64,000 nt of DNA from an uncultured delta proteobacterium (GCA_963745835.1 CAVUZH010000016.1:497742-561741), one strand, 5' to 3'. Counted from the stretch's first letter, positions 1 to 10,879 are shown. Made by a program: numbers and translations. Notes: generated by a model from the letters alone, not told the origin.

Positions 1-2
1 CT

Positions 3-974
3 GGCCCCACCGCTTCAGTAGATCAGGATAAGAAAAGAATCTTTGGCCTGGCGGTGCAAAACGATCGCGGCCCAATGGCGGCCTTCATGATCGCCACCAA
101 AGCCATCAAAAACAGCGGCATTGGTTTGGCAGGCGATATCCTCATGACGATGGTAGTCGGCGAGATCGGCATGGGGCCTGTGGATGAATTCCGCGGCGCG
201 AAATTCATCGGCAAAGGTTATGGCAGCCGGCATGCAGTGACCCACGGCATCAACGGAAATTTCGCTTTGATCGCCGAAACCACCGATTTTGGCGTCACCT
301 GGATCGAGGCAGGCGCCGCCTATTTTAAAGTGACGGTGGACGGTAAAAGTTTTTATACACCTAGAATACCCGAACGGGGTGAGCTCAAAGACAATCCCAA
401 TGCCCTGATCAAAATGATTGCGGTGATCGAAGCCATCGAGAAGTGGGCCGTAGAATATGAGAGAAAACACACGATCGAATATCCGGTTGGCAAAATGGTG
501 CCCAAAGTCAGTATCGGCGCGATTCGCGCCGGCGCGCCGTACAAGCCCAGCACCACACCGAAAAGTTGCAGCATCTATGTTGACGTGCGGGTGCCGCCGC
601 CGCTGGAGTTCAATCTGGTGGAGCGGGAACTCCGCGATGTTGTCCAATCGGTGGGACTGGGCGGAACGGTCGAATGTTTCATGGCGCGCAAAGGCTACGA
701 AGGCAAGAATGTTGAGCCTTTGATCGATGCGATTCGCAATGCGCATTCGCTCGTGAGAGGCGCTCCACCGCCGCCCGTAAGCACGGCTGAAACCAGTATG
801 TGGCGCGACATCAATATTTTTAACGAAGTGGGAATTCCCGCGGCGACTTTTGGTATGCCGCGCAAGAGCGCGCCGGACGCAGTTGAGCGATTCGTCGAAA
901 TAAAGGACATCGTCGATGCCGCCAAGATGTATGCACTCGTGGCGCTGGAGGTTTGCAGTGGACGGCAGAGTTGA
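3..974 (+). CDS. M20 family peptidase/deacylase (ArgE/DapE-like), 5' end outside the window
   Basis: Frame is open back to the window edge. M20-like segments FGLAVQNDRGP, VVGEIG, ALIAETT, a dimerisation domain (NALIKM..., VSIGAIRAG, DVRVPP) and GIPAATFG. Confidence 0.8.
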   Translation, partial: GPTASVDQDKKRIFGLAVQNDRGPMAAFMIATKAIKNSGIGLAGDILMTMVVGEIGMGPVDEFRGAKFIGKGYGSRHAVTHGINGNFALIAETTDFGVTWIEAGAAYFKVTVDGKSFYTPRIPERGELKDNPNALIKMIAVIEAIEKWAVEYERKHTIEYPVGKMVPKVSIGAIRAGAPYKPSTTPKSCSIYVDVRVPPPLEFNLVERELRDVVQSVGLGGTVECFMARKGYEGKNVEPLIDAIRNAHSLVRGAPPPPVSTAETSMWRDINIFNEVGIPAATFGMPRKSAPDAVERFVEIKDIVDAAKMYALVALEVCSGRQS

Positions 975-1145
975 CGGAAAAGAACGAAGAAGCTCGCACG
1001 ATGGAGTCCGGAATCTCTTGCTCGTTCATCTCTGCGGCCGCTAGCGACGGGATACTTCGAAACACGATACGATGCGGTAAGCAGCCCGCACAGAATACAA
1101 GACAGTCAGTTGACAAGCCCATTCGACCATAGTAAGCCGCGACCC

Positions 1146-3560
1146 ATGAGCGACATGATTTCGGTTGCCGAACAAACCAACAGCAATCACTCGGTACGCG
1201 GCTACTGCGCGTTGTGCACGGCACACTGTGCCACTATCGCCACGGTGGAAAACGGCCGGGTCGTCGCTCTCGATGCCGATCACGATCACCCCAATGGCGG
1301 CGTCATATGCGTCAAAGGCAAGGCCGCCCCGGAGCTGGTTTATCATCCCGATCGACTCAATCATCCGCTCAAGCGCACCAGGCCCAAGGGCGATGCCGAT
1401 GCGGGCTGGCAGCCAGTGAGCTGGGAAGACGCCCTGGATGATATCGCAAGTCGCCTCAGCGCGATCCGTAATCAGTATGGCGCTAAGGCATTGGCGCTGG
1501 GTAAAGGGACCCGAAGCGGCACTTCAGTGGCTGATGTCGAGCGCTGGTTGGGCCGCTTTCTCTATTTGTTCGGCAGCCCCAATTGGGTATCGACAACGCA
1601 TGTCTGCAACTGGCACAAAGACACCGGTTTCAGTTACACCTTCGGCAGCGGCATTCCAACGCCGGACCTGGCGCACAGCAAAAGCTTTCTTCTATGGGGC
1701 CACAATCCAAGCTCGACGTCATTAATCCTCGCCCACGATATCGTCACTGCGCGCAGGCGCGGCATGAAAACTGTCGTGATCGATCCGCGCCGCGTCGGCA
1801 TCGGCAGTCAAGCCGACATGCTGTTGCAACCGCGGCCCGGCACGGACGGCGCGCTCGCGTTGGCTTTAATCCATTGCCTTATGGAGGAGAGCTGGTACGA
1901 CGCCGGCTTTGCGCGTCAATGGACCAACGGCTCCTTTCTTTTAGATACCGCCACCAACAAAGTCGTCCGCGAAGCCGACCTTGTCGCGAATGGCGCGGCG
2001 AATCGATATCTCGTATGGGATGAAATAAAAAATCAAGCCGTCATCTATGATCCGAGCACCGGCGGCTACGAACGCGACAATATCCAGCCCGCGCTGTTCG
2101 GCCGGCGGGCATTGAAAGGAAAATCCGGCGAAGAAATCGCATGCATGCCGGTTTTTGAAAAACTCGGCGAGATCGCTTCGGCGTATGCGCCCGAACGCTC
2201 GGAAAAGATCACCTGGGTGCCGGCGAAAAACGTTTGGCGCACCGCTTTGCTACTGGCGCACAATCGACCGGTCAGCATGTACATGTGGAACGGGCTTGGG
2301 CAGCATACCAATGCGACGCAGACCAGCCGCGCCATCGCATCGCTCTATGCGCTTCTCGGCGACTACGATCGCCAGGGAGGTAACGTTATTTTCCCTGGCT
2401 TGAAGGTCAATGATGTCGGCGGTAAGGAATTTTTACCGAAGGATATGGCCGCCATTCGCATCGGCCGCGAGAAAAAACCGCTTGGCCCGCCGGCCAAGCC
2501 CGGCAACTGCACGGCATACGATATTTTCACAGCGATCCTCGAACAGCAGCCTTACCCGGTCAAAGCGTTTCTGAACTTCGGCTCCAACACGGTCCTCTCC
2601 ACCGCGGACTCGAGGCGCGCCCGGGAGGCGATGATGGCCCTCGAACTCGGCGTCGCAGCCGATCTCTTTATGACGCCGACAGCGGAGCTTTGCGATTACG
2701 TGCTGCCGGCCACGAGTTTCCTGGAGATGGCAAGTATCACGACGAGCTTTGAACACCGCGCGGCGGGCAAGACTCACATGCAGTACCGGCCAGCGGTGGT
2801 GCAACCGCCGGGCGAGCGGCGCTCCGATACCTGGATCATTTTCGAATTGGCCAAACGGCTCGGCTTCGGCGAAAAATTCTGGGACGGTGATGTCGAAGCC
2901 GGTTACGCCTACGAGCTCGAACCCACCGGAGTGACTTTAACGCAACTCAAGCAGTCTGTCGGCGGGATCTCACTTCCAGCGCAGCCGGCCTACCAGAAAT
3001 ACGCTGCGACCAGCAAAGACGGCGCGGTGCGTGGTTTTGCCACACCTTCGAAGAAGGTTGAGCTTTACTGCGGGACCTTTGCCGCGCACGGCTATCCGGC
3101 GCTGCCGGAATACATCGAGCCAGCGTTGAGTCCGGTCAGTCGGCCGGACATCGCCGCGGAATATCCGCTTGTGCTGACCAACGCCAAGTTCACAACCTTC
3201 ATTCATAGCCAGCAACGCGCGCTGCCGGGTTTGCGTAAAATATCGCCGCAGCCTACCGCCGATATTCATCCCGAAACGGCTGCGCTCTATGGGATTACCA
3301 ACAAAGAGTGGATGATTGTCGAAAGCCCGCGTGGCGCGATCAAAGTGAAGGCGCGAGTAACCACGAACATCGTCCCCGGCGTGATCTGTTGCCAGCACGG
3401 CTGGTGGCAGGATTGCAAAGAGCTGGAGCTGCCCGGTTATAATCCCTACAACAGCAACGGCGCCAATCCGTCCACTCTCATCGGCACGGACATCGCCGAC
3501 CCTGTCAGCGGCTCACTGCCGCACCGTTCTTATCTTTGCCGCGTACGTCCGGCGGCTTAA
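1146..3560 (+). CDS. Molybdopterin (bis-MGD) oxidoreductase, DMSO-reductase superfamily, acetylene-hydratase-like clade
   Basis: N-terminal 4Fe-4S motif CALCTAHC...CVKG, LWGHNP, VIDPR, PRPGTDGALALA, ADLFMTPTAELCDYVLPAT, and a C-terminal HSQ...IHP...SPRG dinucleotide-binding domain. Confidence 0.9.
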   Translation: MSDMISVAEQTNSNHSVRGYCALCTAHCATIATVENGRVVALDADHDHPNGGVICVKGKAAPELVYHPDRLNHPLKRTRPKGDADAGWQPVSWEDALDDIASRLSAIRNQYGAKALALGKGTRSGTSVADVERWLGRFLYLFGSPNWVSTTHVCNWHKDTGFSYTFGSGIPTPDLAHSKSFLLWGHNPSSTSLILAHDIVTARRRGMKTVVIDPRRVGIGSQADMLLQPRPGTDGALALALIHCLMEESWYDAGFARQWTNGSFLLDTATNKVVREADLVANGAANRYLVWDEIKNQAVIYDPSTGGYERDNIQPALFGRRALKGKSGEEIACMPVFEKLGEIASAYAPERSEKITWVPAKNVWRTALLLAHNRPVSMYMWNGLGQHTNATQTSRAIASLYALLGDYDRQGGNVIFPGLKVNDVGGKEFLPKDMAAIRIGREKKPLGPPAKPGNCTAYDIFTAILEQQPYPVKAFLNFGSNTVLSTADSRRAREAMMALELGVAADLFMTPTAELCDYVLPATSFLEMASITTSFEHRAAGKTHMQYRPAVVQPPGERRSDTWIIFELAKRLGFGEKFWDGDVEAGYAYELEPTGVTLTQLKQSVGGISLPAQPAYQKYAATSKDGAVRGFATPSKKVELYCGTFAAHGYPALPEYIEPALSPVSRPDIAAEYPLVLTNAKFTTFIHSQQRALPGLRKISPQPTADIHPETAALYGITNKEWMIVESPRGAIKVKARVTTNIVPGVICCQHGWWQDCKELELPGYNPYNSNGANPSTLIGTDIADPVSGSLPHRSYLCRVRPAA

Positions 3561-3710
3561 GCGAAAAATATTAGCCACTGTGCACACTGAAATAAGAATC
3601 GTGTCTAGCGATGATCTCCTTCGTGAACTTTGCTTCAAGACCTCGAATGTTTCGAAACAGCAAGAAAAACTAGTATCACTGCGGCAGCGGCATTTAGGAG
3701 GGTCCTTTCA

Positions 3711-4737
3711 ATGAGCGTCATCGGGAAATACATCCAGAGGAGCGTCTTTACGCTCGTCTTTGTTCTTTTTGCTTCTTCTGCTTGGGCACAGTCAGCAAGT
3801 ATGGACGAGCTTTACAAGAAAGCGCTGAAGGAAGGCGGTACATTAAATTTCTATGGGACGTTGGCGCAGATCAGCGCTGACAAAGTTCTGCCGGTAGTTC
3901 GAAAAACGCTTCCCCGGCATCAAGATCAATCATGTGGATGCCACTTCCGACAAAATGGTTGCGCGGGCCATCGCCGAAGCGCGCGGGCGGTAAAACGATA
4001 GGCGACGTATTACAAATCAACTTGGACGATACGGTTCATGCGTACGAGCAAAAGTCTATTAGCGGAAGTTCGCTATTCCTGAGGCCAGGAATATCCCGAC
4101 GGCATGAAGGGAAGCTTCTGGATCCCGTCCGACATGGACATTTTACATTGCCGGCTGGAACACCAACCTGGTCAAGAAAGAGGAGGAGCCAAAGGAATTC
4201 GACGACTTTGCCGACCCTAAATGGAAAAACCGATTGATTGCCGAGCCAACCGACGAGGAAGTGCTGATTGGTTTGGCCAAGTATAAGTTCAAAAGCGATG
4301 AAAAGGCAATTGCATCTGATGAAGAAAATCGCCGCCAACAATCCGGAATTTCACAAGGGTCATTCCCAGTTGGCCGAACTTCTGAGCTCCGGGCAAGCCG
4401 CAGCTTGCTTTACCTGCTTTTCACAGCACTTTCCAGCCCGAATACAAAAAGGGTGCTCCGCTGAATTATATGCTGACAGAAGGCGTTGCGTCGATTGGCG
4501 CAACGGCGGTATTCAAGAACGCGCCCCATCCAAACACGGCCCTGTTGTTCGTCCGCTGGATATCCAGCCAGGAGGGACAAAAAATGATGGCAGATCGCTG
4601 GGCGAACCCCTGCGCACCCAAAGGTTGAGCCGGTGAACAAGACCAGGACGGAGAAAATCTACCCTATCAGCGTCGCTGACATAAAAGAGTATCCCAAGTA
4701 CGAAAAAATCTGGAAAGACATATTTAAGCTGCGCTAA
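3711..4737 (+). pseudogene. ABC transporter extracellular solute-binding protein (Fe3+/polyamine-like), broken by several frameshifts (possibly assembly errors)
   Basis: Signal peptide then AKKEGGTLNFYGT-like start. WNTNLVKKEEEPKEFDDFADPKWK and KNAPHPNTALLFVRW segments lie in different frames. TAA at 4735-4737. Confidence 0.75.
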
Positions 4738-4853
4738 GACTTACGTCGATTTATTCGCTGGTGGCGGATCGGACGATAATAGGCGTCGAGGTAACACCAC
4801 AGCGCGACCGCGCTCTTTTGAAACCGGCACAAGAGAATTTTAGGTCTCGCTAC

Positions 4854-6139
4854 TTACAATTCATCTTGACTGCGATTGCTTCCGGGTCCGAGCTGACCTG
4901 CTTTGACCGATTCAACAATCGTTTGCTTTCTTAAGTCGATCACCACCACTTCATCGCTGCTCTCGCAGCCGACAAAGCGCATTCGTTATCCGGGCTGAAG
5001 GCCAGGTGCGCCGGCGCTGGACCGACTTGCAGCCTTGCTCGTATTTCGTGCTGGCGAGCATCGATGATGCAGACGCTGGACTCGCCGGTGTTCGAGACCA
5101 CAAGCCAATCGCCGTCCGTGCTAAACGCGAAGAAGTGCGGATAGATACCTACCGGGATACTGGCGATGACATGATGGTTGTGACAATTCCACACCGTCAG
5201 ATTATCGGATGCAAAATTGGCGACGTATCCGTAACGCCCATCCGGACTAATCACCGGAAGATGCGCCCCTCGCCCGGCCGGTATCGATAGGACGACCTCA
5301 TGACTTCCGACATCGATAACCGTCACGTCATCCGATACGGTGTTCGCCACATAGGCGAAGCGGTTCTCTTGATCGAAGACGATATGCCCCGGGCCCAGAC
5401 CAACTTTAATCTCGCCGGCAACGGAATAGTTCCGGCCATCGATGACCGTGACCGTATGCGAAGCCGAATTGGGCTGATAAGCCCAGCGGCTGTCCGGAGA
5501 AACCGCGATGTCGTGTGGCGCGATGCCAACCGCAACCCTTGCGCGAAGCTCGCCATCGGCGCCGAGCACTGTGACCGCCCGTTCCGGCCCGCTCGGCAAA
5601 TAAACGGCGTTCCCGTTCGAAGCGACGCAGGGAAGCAGTGGACGCTTGCCCGTTGAGACTGTCGTCAGCACTTGATCCGCGGTCGTGTCGATGATCGTCA
5701 CGTCGTTCGAGCCGCTGTTAGCGACGTAAAGTCGTTTCCCGTCGCCGGACAATTCCAGATGCGATGGATCGTCGCCGGTAGGAATGTGTTTTTTCAAACG
5801 CCGCGTCGCGCCATCGATGACCGCGACCCGATTGTCAGTCGTATTTGCATAAACACGGCCGTCGTCATGGCTCACGACTGAGTGCGCGCCTCGAAGTCCT
5901 GTGCGCGGAGTCGATCCATCGGGATCGAGGGTCAAGGTAAAACCGCCGCCCTCTTGCTCCAATCCGACCCGGTAGCCGCGCTCCAGCAGAGAGATGTACT
6001 GCCGCACGGGCAATTCATGCACCCGGGCTCGCACTAAGGCGCGTTTGCCGCGCAGAAATACGTGTTGCTCTTTCAAGCGAGCTACCTGCTGATCTGCGGT
6101 CAATTCGGCGAGATCAAGATGAACCGTTTGCAAAGACAT
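4854..6139 (-). CDS. YVTN/YncE-type 8-blade beta-propeller with an extra ~75-aa N-terminal domain; one frameshift near the C-terminus
   Basis: Repeated P-x-x-x-x-x-S-P-D-G...YVAN..S..V.VID blades. The last blade continues in another frame (GCESSDEVVVIDLRKQTIVESVKAG...) to TAA at 4854-4856. Confidence 0.8.
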
Positions 6140-6163
6140 GGGAATGCTTCCTCCCTCATCACT

Positions 6164-7486
6164 TCATGAGTTTGCTTGTTCGGGGATTTTCTTCATCGGC
6201 GGCCGCAACATCAGGCTGAGAAACGCCGATGTAATCAGTGCCGCGCCGAAAAGCATGAAAGAAAGATCGTAGGCGCCGGTGAGATCGAACAGGAACCCGA
6301 AGAAAGGCGGACCCAAAGCGGCCACAGTCTGTGAAATGAGCAGACCCAGGCCGCGAACTTTTCCGAGTGAACGACGGCCAAAGTAGTCTGCCCAGAGAAT
6401 ATCGGGAAGAACCATGTTGCCTCCCAAGCCAATGCCGTAAAGAAGAAATCCGGCATAGAGGCAGAAGAGATTGTCGGTCATGACCGCCAGTCCGAGACCG
6501 ATCCCCTGTACAATGAACCGCAATGTGGCCGCAAAGCGCGTGTCGATTCGTTCGGCGAGAATCCCCCAGGCTATCGGCGAGGCAAGCTGCATCGATGCGA
6601 TCACGCTCATCACAGTGGCGGCGACAACCGGCGGATGACCCAAATCATTTACGTACGGGAACACGTGCAGATTCAAGCCCGTCACTCCGATGCTGGAAAT
6701 CCCGAAGGTAACCACGAGCAGCCAAAACGCCTGAGTGTGTAGCGCTTCATTTCGTGTCCATTCGACATCGTCGCGGAGCGCTTGGGATGTGATCGAAGGA
6801 GTCTTGGCTGTGTGGGTGACCGGCTCATCTTTCGGAGCCGCTGACAAAGCACCGTCGGGATTGAGCCCCATGTCTTCCGGCGAACGGCGCACGATCAGCA
6901 GGGCCGGTCCGACTACCAGAACCAACGTGACAATCCCGAATACCAGCCAAGTCTGGCGCCATCCAAGCCAAACGATCAATGATGCCGCCAGCACAGGCAT
7001 GCCCACCTTGGCAAAACCGATACCCATGCTGGTAAGCGCCAGCGCCCGGCCGCGCTTGCGCAAAAACCAATGGGCAATCGCCAGATTGATTACGATATAG
7101 CCCATGAACGAATCGCCTATGGTGATGAGACTCAAGCGCACGATGCTAAACTGGACAAAATTATCGACGTGGCTGAGCACAATGTAGCCGAGGCTGGCGA
7201 TGATCGCGCCTAAGACCATCAGCCAGCGACCGCCATAACGATCCATCAACGTGCCGATCACCGGCGCCAGAAATGCCGCAATCAGCCCTTCGCCCGAACG
7301 GAGCAAAGAGAAAACGCCGCGCGAGACGCCCAGATCGGCAGTCAAAGGTTTCAGAAACACGCTCATGGTGCTGGCGAGAGAAAAAGCCGAGGCAACGTTG
7401 GCGAGAAAACCGACGCCGACGATGTACCAACCGTAGAAGAACTTCTGTTTGGCTGCGGGATGCGCCTGCTCGATGGTCGATTCCAC
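6164..7486 (-). CDS. MFS transporter (OFA/monocarboxylate-like)
   Basis: About 12 hydrophobic segments, FYGWYIV start, motif A GTLMDRYGGR, WFLRKRGRALA, DYFGRRSLG. Confidence 0.9.
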   Translation of the reverse strand: MESTIEQAHPAAKQKFFYGWYIVGVGFLANVASAFSLASTMSVFLKPLTADLGVSRGVFSLLRSGEGLIAAFLAPVIGTLMDRYGGRWLMVLGAIIASLGYIVLSHVDNFVQFSIVRLSLITIGDSFMGYIVINLAIAHWFLRKRGRALALTSMGIGFAKVGMPVLAASLIVWLGWRQTWLVFGIVTLVLVVGPALLIVRRSPEDMGLNPDGALSAAPKDEPVTHTAKTPSITSQALRDDVEWTRNEALHTQAFWLLVVTFGISSIGVTGLNLHVFPYVNDLGHPPVVAATVMSVIASMQLASPIAWGILAERIDTRFAATLRFIVQGIGLGLAVMTDNLFCLYAGFLLYGIGLGGNMVLPDILWADYFGRRSLGKVRGLGLLISQTVAALGPPFFGFLFDLTGAYDLSFMLFGAALITSAFLSLMLRPPMKKIPEQANS

Positions 7487-7728
7487 ATCTAGCCTTTAAC
7501 AGGAATCAAACTGGACATCCAATTAACAACTGATTTGTTAAATTTGCAAGCAAGCGCGGCGTAAACTTTGCTCGGTAGGTTACTCAACGCAAACCTAAAA
7601 AGATCAGGAACCGCAATGCCATTGGCTATCAGGCTCGCCGGAGATTGTCGCAGCAGGGCGAGTGACTGCTGGCGGCGCTCCCGTTTATGCGATAGCCTCG
7701 TTTAAGATCTGTAAAGGACCGATCTCAC

Positions 7729-8442
7729 ATGAATCTATCAATACTTATAATAAGTCTCCTTCTGCTGGGATCGAGCGTCCACGCGCAAGAAAATACCGGC
7801 ATCAGACCGCCGTCAGTCACCGCCCAAGGCGAAGCAGTCATCACCGCGGAGCCAGACCAGGCGCAAATCGACATCGGGGTCCTCACCCAGGCGCGCAATG
7901 CCCCGGATGCAGCCAAAGAAAACGCCGAGAAGCTTAGCCGTGTGCTGGCGCAGATCAAGAAGATCCTCGGCAAAGGCGACGAGGTTAAAACGACCGGATA
8001 TTCGTTAAATCCCAATTACCGTTATCCCCAAGGTGGCAAGCCGGAAATAACCGGCTACACAGCCGCTAATGTTTTGCAGATCAGAACGGGGAATTTGGCA
8101 GAGGTCGGCAAGCTAATCGACGCAGGCATGCAATCCGGCGCCAATCAGATCAACCGCCTTGTTTTCACATTGAAAGATGATCATTCAGCGCAAGTTCAGG
8201 CGCTGCGCATGGCAGCGCAGAAGGCGCAATCGAAGGCGGAAGAAATGGCCGGTTCCCTAGGGTTAAAAGTCGTTAGGGTCCTTTCTCTGACGGAAAATGA
8301 ACGAGGAGTTCGCCCGATTATAGCGCAGACACGCGGCATGCAAGCGGAAGCACTTTCGTCCGCCGCACCGACACCGGTCGAGGCCGGCACCATTGAGGTG
8401 CGCTCGTCAGTGATCCTGAGCGCCGAGATCGGTCCGCGCTAA
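7729..8442 (+). CDS. SIMPL/DUF541 periplasmic protein
   Basis: Signal peptide; VTAQGEAVITAEPDQAQI, GANQINRLVF, AQSKAEEMA, PTPVEAG. Confidence 0.9.
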   Translation: MNLSILIISLLLLGSSVHAQENTGIRPPSVTAQGEAVITAEPDQAQIDIGVLTQARNAPDAAKENAEKLSRVLAQIKKILGKGDEVKTTGYSLNPNYRYPQGGKPEITGYTAANVLQIRTGNLAEVGKLIDAGMQSGANQINRLVFTLKDDHSAQVQALRMAAQKAQSKAEEMAGSLGLKVVRVLSLTENERGVRPIIAQTRGMQAEALSSAAPTPVEAGTIEVRSSVILSAEIGPR

Positions 8443-8484
8443 GCGCTGACATTTTCCGCAACAGCAGCACTCAGTCTTTCCCTG

Positions 8485-8570
8485 AAACGGTTTGAACGTT
8501 TTGAATGACTTGAACTGCTTAAACCTCTTTGCCTCAGCTCTGATTTTGAACCGTGGAACGGTTGAACGAT
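8485..8570. repeat. Degenerate 7-9 bp TTGAAC tandem repeats between convergent genes
   Basis: tttgaacgt tttgaatga cttgaactg cttaaacct ... ttttgaacc gtggaacgg ttgaacga. Confidence 0.55.
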
Positions 8571-8573
8571 TGC

Positions 8574-10019
8574 CTATCGAAACTCCGGCCTATCTTTTAA
8601 ATAATGCTCACGCATCTTCGGCCGGTACCGTTCCATCAAATCTCGATTCAAATCCAGCGGCGGTTTTTGGTCCGGCGGCAGTAAAGGTCGATACTCGACG
8701 TCGCCGATTTCTTGCTTGAAGGTTTCCTTGGCTTTGACAACAATTTGCGGATCCAGCAACAAATCGATGGCCGATGCCGCCATAGCCTTAGCTCCGGCCA
8801 CCGCGCCTTTGTGCGCGATCGACGTCGCCAGAGACACGCCGGCGGACCAGTGATGGTACGACACGCCGGGGATATTCGAGGGAAAGCTGATCAGCCCCGT
8901 CGGCACCACCCACGAGACCTCGCCCGAATCGTTGGCCGAAACCGATTGCACACATTCTTTGAGCGGCGCAACCTTGGTGGGCATGCCAGTTGGCTTTGCC
9001 TTTACTTTGGTCTGAACCTCATGGACTAACTTCTGCTCGCCGTCTGTCCACTGCGGCATGCCGATCTCTTCTATGTTTCGTTGAATTACCTCCGCAAGCG
9101 TTCGATTGGCCCGGGTCGGCCAGACCGCGCTGAGGACGTTCACATCGTAGGAGGTCTCGGTCATCATCGCCGCGCCTTGGGCAACACGCTTGGCTTTTTC
9201 AAACAGCGCGCGGGTCTTCTCAGCCGTGGCTTCACGGAAAAACCACCAGATCGTCGATCGATTGGGAATGACATTGGGCTGATCGCCGCCGTTGGTGATC
9301 ACCCGATGGCTGCGCTGAGTCGGCTCCAAATGCTCTCGCAGCTTATCCCAGCCGATATCCATCAGCACCGCCGCATCCAAAGCATCGCGGGCGTTCCACG
9401 GCGCCGTGGCGGCATGGGCGCTCTGTCCTTTGAAAGTGAACTCAGCGGAAATGAGCGCATACTGTCGCAAGCCGTAAACGGTGCCAAGCTCTTTGCCGAT
9501 ATGATCATGCAGCGCCACATCGACATCTTTGAAATAGCCATCGCGGACAAAATACGGCCGGCTGACCAGTTGCTCTTCCGCGGGGGCCCCGAAAACTTTC
9601 AGTGTGCCTTTGAGGCCGAACTCATCGATGGTCTTTTTGATCGCCAACGCCGCGCCGATCATCACCGCGCCATTGACGTTGTGTCCCTCGGTATGGCCCG
9701 GCGCGCCATCGACAATCGGCGTCGGCTCCGCCACACCGGGCGCCTGGGAGCACCCCGGAGTCGCATCGAATTCCGTGTGCAGCGCAATCACCGGTTTGCC
9801 AGACCCGTAACTGGCTATGAACCCCGTCGGCATTCCGGATGGATTGCGCTCGATGGTGAATCCGGCTTTCTCGAGGATCTGCATCATCAATCCGGAGGTC
9901 TCGAACTCCTGCATGCCGAGCTCGGCAAAGTAAAAGATGTTGTCGCACAAGAGCGCAATCGGTTCACTGTTGCGCTCGATGTTTTCCACGGCAAACTTCT
10001 TTGCTCGACCACCTTCCAT
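8574..10019 (-). CDS. abgB: M20D amidohydrolase, p-aminobenzoyl-glutamate hydrolase subunit B-like
   Basis: FAELGMQEFETS, GSGKPVIA, GHTEGHN, PAEEQL, AHAATAPW, HRVITNGGDQPNVIP, HKGAVAGAK. AGGAGA RBS precedes the ATG at 10019. Confidence 0.8.
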   Translation of the reverse strand: MEGGRAKKFAVENIERNSEPIALLCDNIFYFAELGMQEFETSGLMMQILEKAGFTIERNPSGMPTGFIASYGSGKPVIALHTEFDATPGCSQAPGVAEPTPIVDGAPGHTEGHNVNGAVMIGAALAIKKTIDEFGLKGTLKVFGAPAEEQLVSRPYFVRDGYFKDVDVALHDHIGKELGTVYGLRQYALISAEFTFKGQSAHAATAPWNARDALDAAVLMDIGWDKLREHLEPTQRSHRVITNGGDQPNVIPNRSTIWWFFREATAEKTRALFEKAKRVAQGAAMMTETSYDVNVLSAVWPTRANRTLAEVIQRNIEEIGMPQWTDGEQKLVHEVQTKVKAKPTGMPTKVAPLKECVQSVSANDSGEVSWVVPTGLISFPSNIPGVSYHHWSAGVSLATSIAHKGAVAGAKAMAASAIDLLLDPQIVVKAKETFKQEIGDVEYRPLLPPDQKPPLDLNRDLMERYRPKMREHYLKDRPEFR

Positions 10020-10264
10020 AATCGGTCTCCTATCCAATAAACGTGCTCTATTTCGATGGATATCACGGAGCGTGCAACAAGTTAAAGTCGACCCTTACTC
10101 TACTCGAGTATCTCGACCATTTCGCCGCGTCACACAATCAAACCGGTTACATGATGCCGACGAGCGTCACAGGGCTAGCTAAACGGCTTAGAGGAGTTAG
10201 AATTTGTAATATCACTACGCTCAAGGCGCACTAAACCTACCATTTTACTATCGAAGTAGAATCA

Positions 10265-10820
10265 ATGAATAAAAACATAACCCGCGAAGCTGGCGACATG
10301 GCCGACGTCGTTGAGAGAAACATTCAAGCCTTACTGTCCCGGCGTAACCAGGAGGAAAAGACAAAAGGCGTTCAAGACCGAATAGCGGATGCGAATAAGC
10401 CGCTTTGCCGGCAGCATGATTTTTGTCTACATACACCTAATCGTTTTTGGCGTTTGGATCATTGTTAATCTCGGATGGACACCGTTACCAACCTTTGACC
10501 CCACCTTCGTGGTTTTGGCGATGTTCGCATCTGTAGAAGCGATTTTTCTTTCGACTTTCGTGCTGATCACGCAGAATCGAATGGCGGCGCAGGCCGACCG
10601 TCGCGCCGACCTCGACCTGCACATCAGTCTTTTGGCTGAACACGAAGTAACCCGGTTGATCAGCCTCGTCACCACCATAGCCGAGCGCATGGGAATAGAA
10701 CCGGCATCCGACCACCCGGAGTTGGCGGAATTGGAGAAAGATGTTGATCCGGAAAAGGTCTTGGAGAAAATCGAAGAGACAGAGTCAAATATGACTAAGA
10801 AAGCTTTGGATCAACTTTAA
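10265..10820 (+). CDS. DUF1003 membrane protein (one frameshift near 10393)
   Basis: DRIAD.../FAGSMIFVYIH...FDPTF...ASVEAIFLSTFVLITQNR...DLDLHISLLAEHE. Confidence 0.85.
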
Positions 10821-10879
10821 GCACGCTTGCGGATCCACGCCAAACCCCCGACACATCAGGTGCACCCTCGACCGCAATC

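Noticed and set aside
1146-3560. Acetylene hydratase
   Set aside because: The catalytic Asp next to the cluster Cys is replaced by Thr.
9081-10040. Long antisense ORFs (also 31141-32496 and 34502-35830)
   Set aside because: These are shadows of real GC-rich genes on the opposite strand, with no recognisable motifs.
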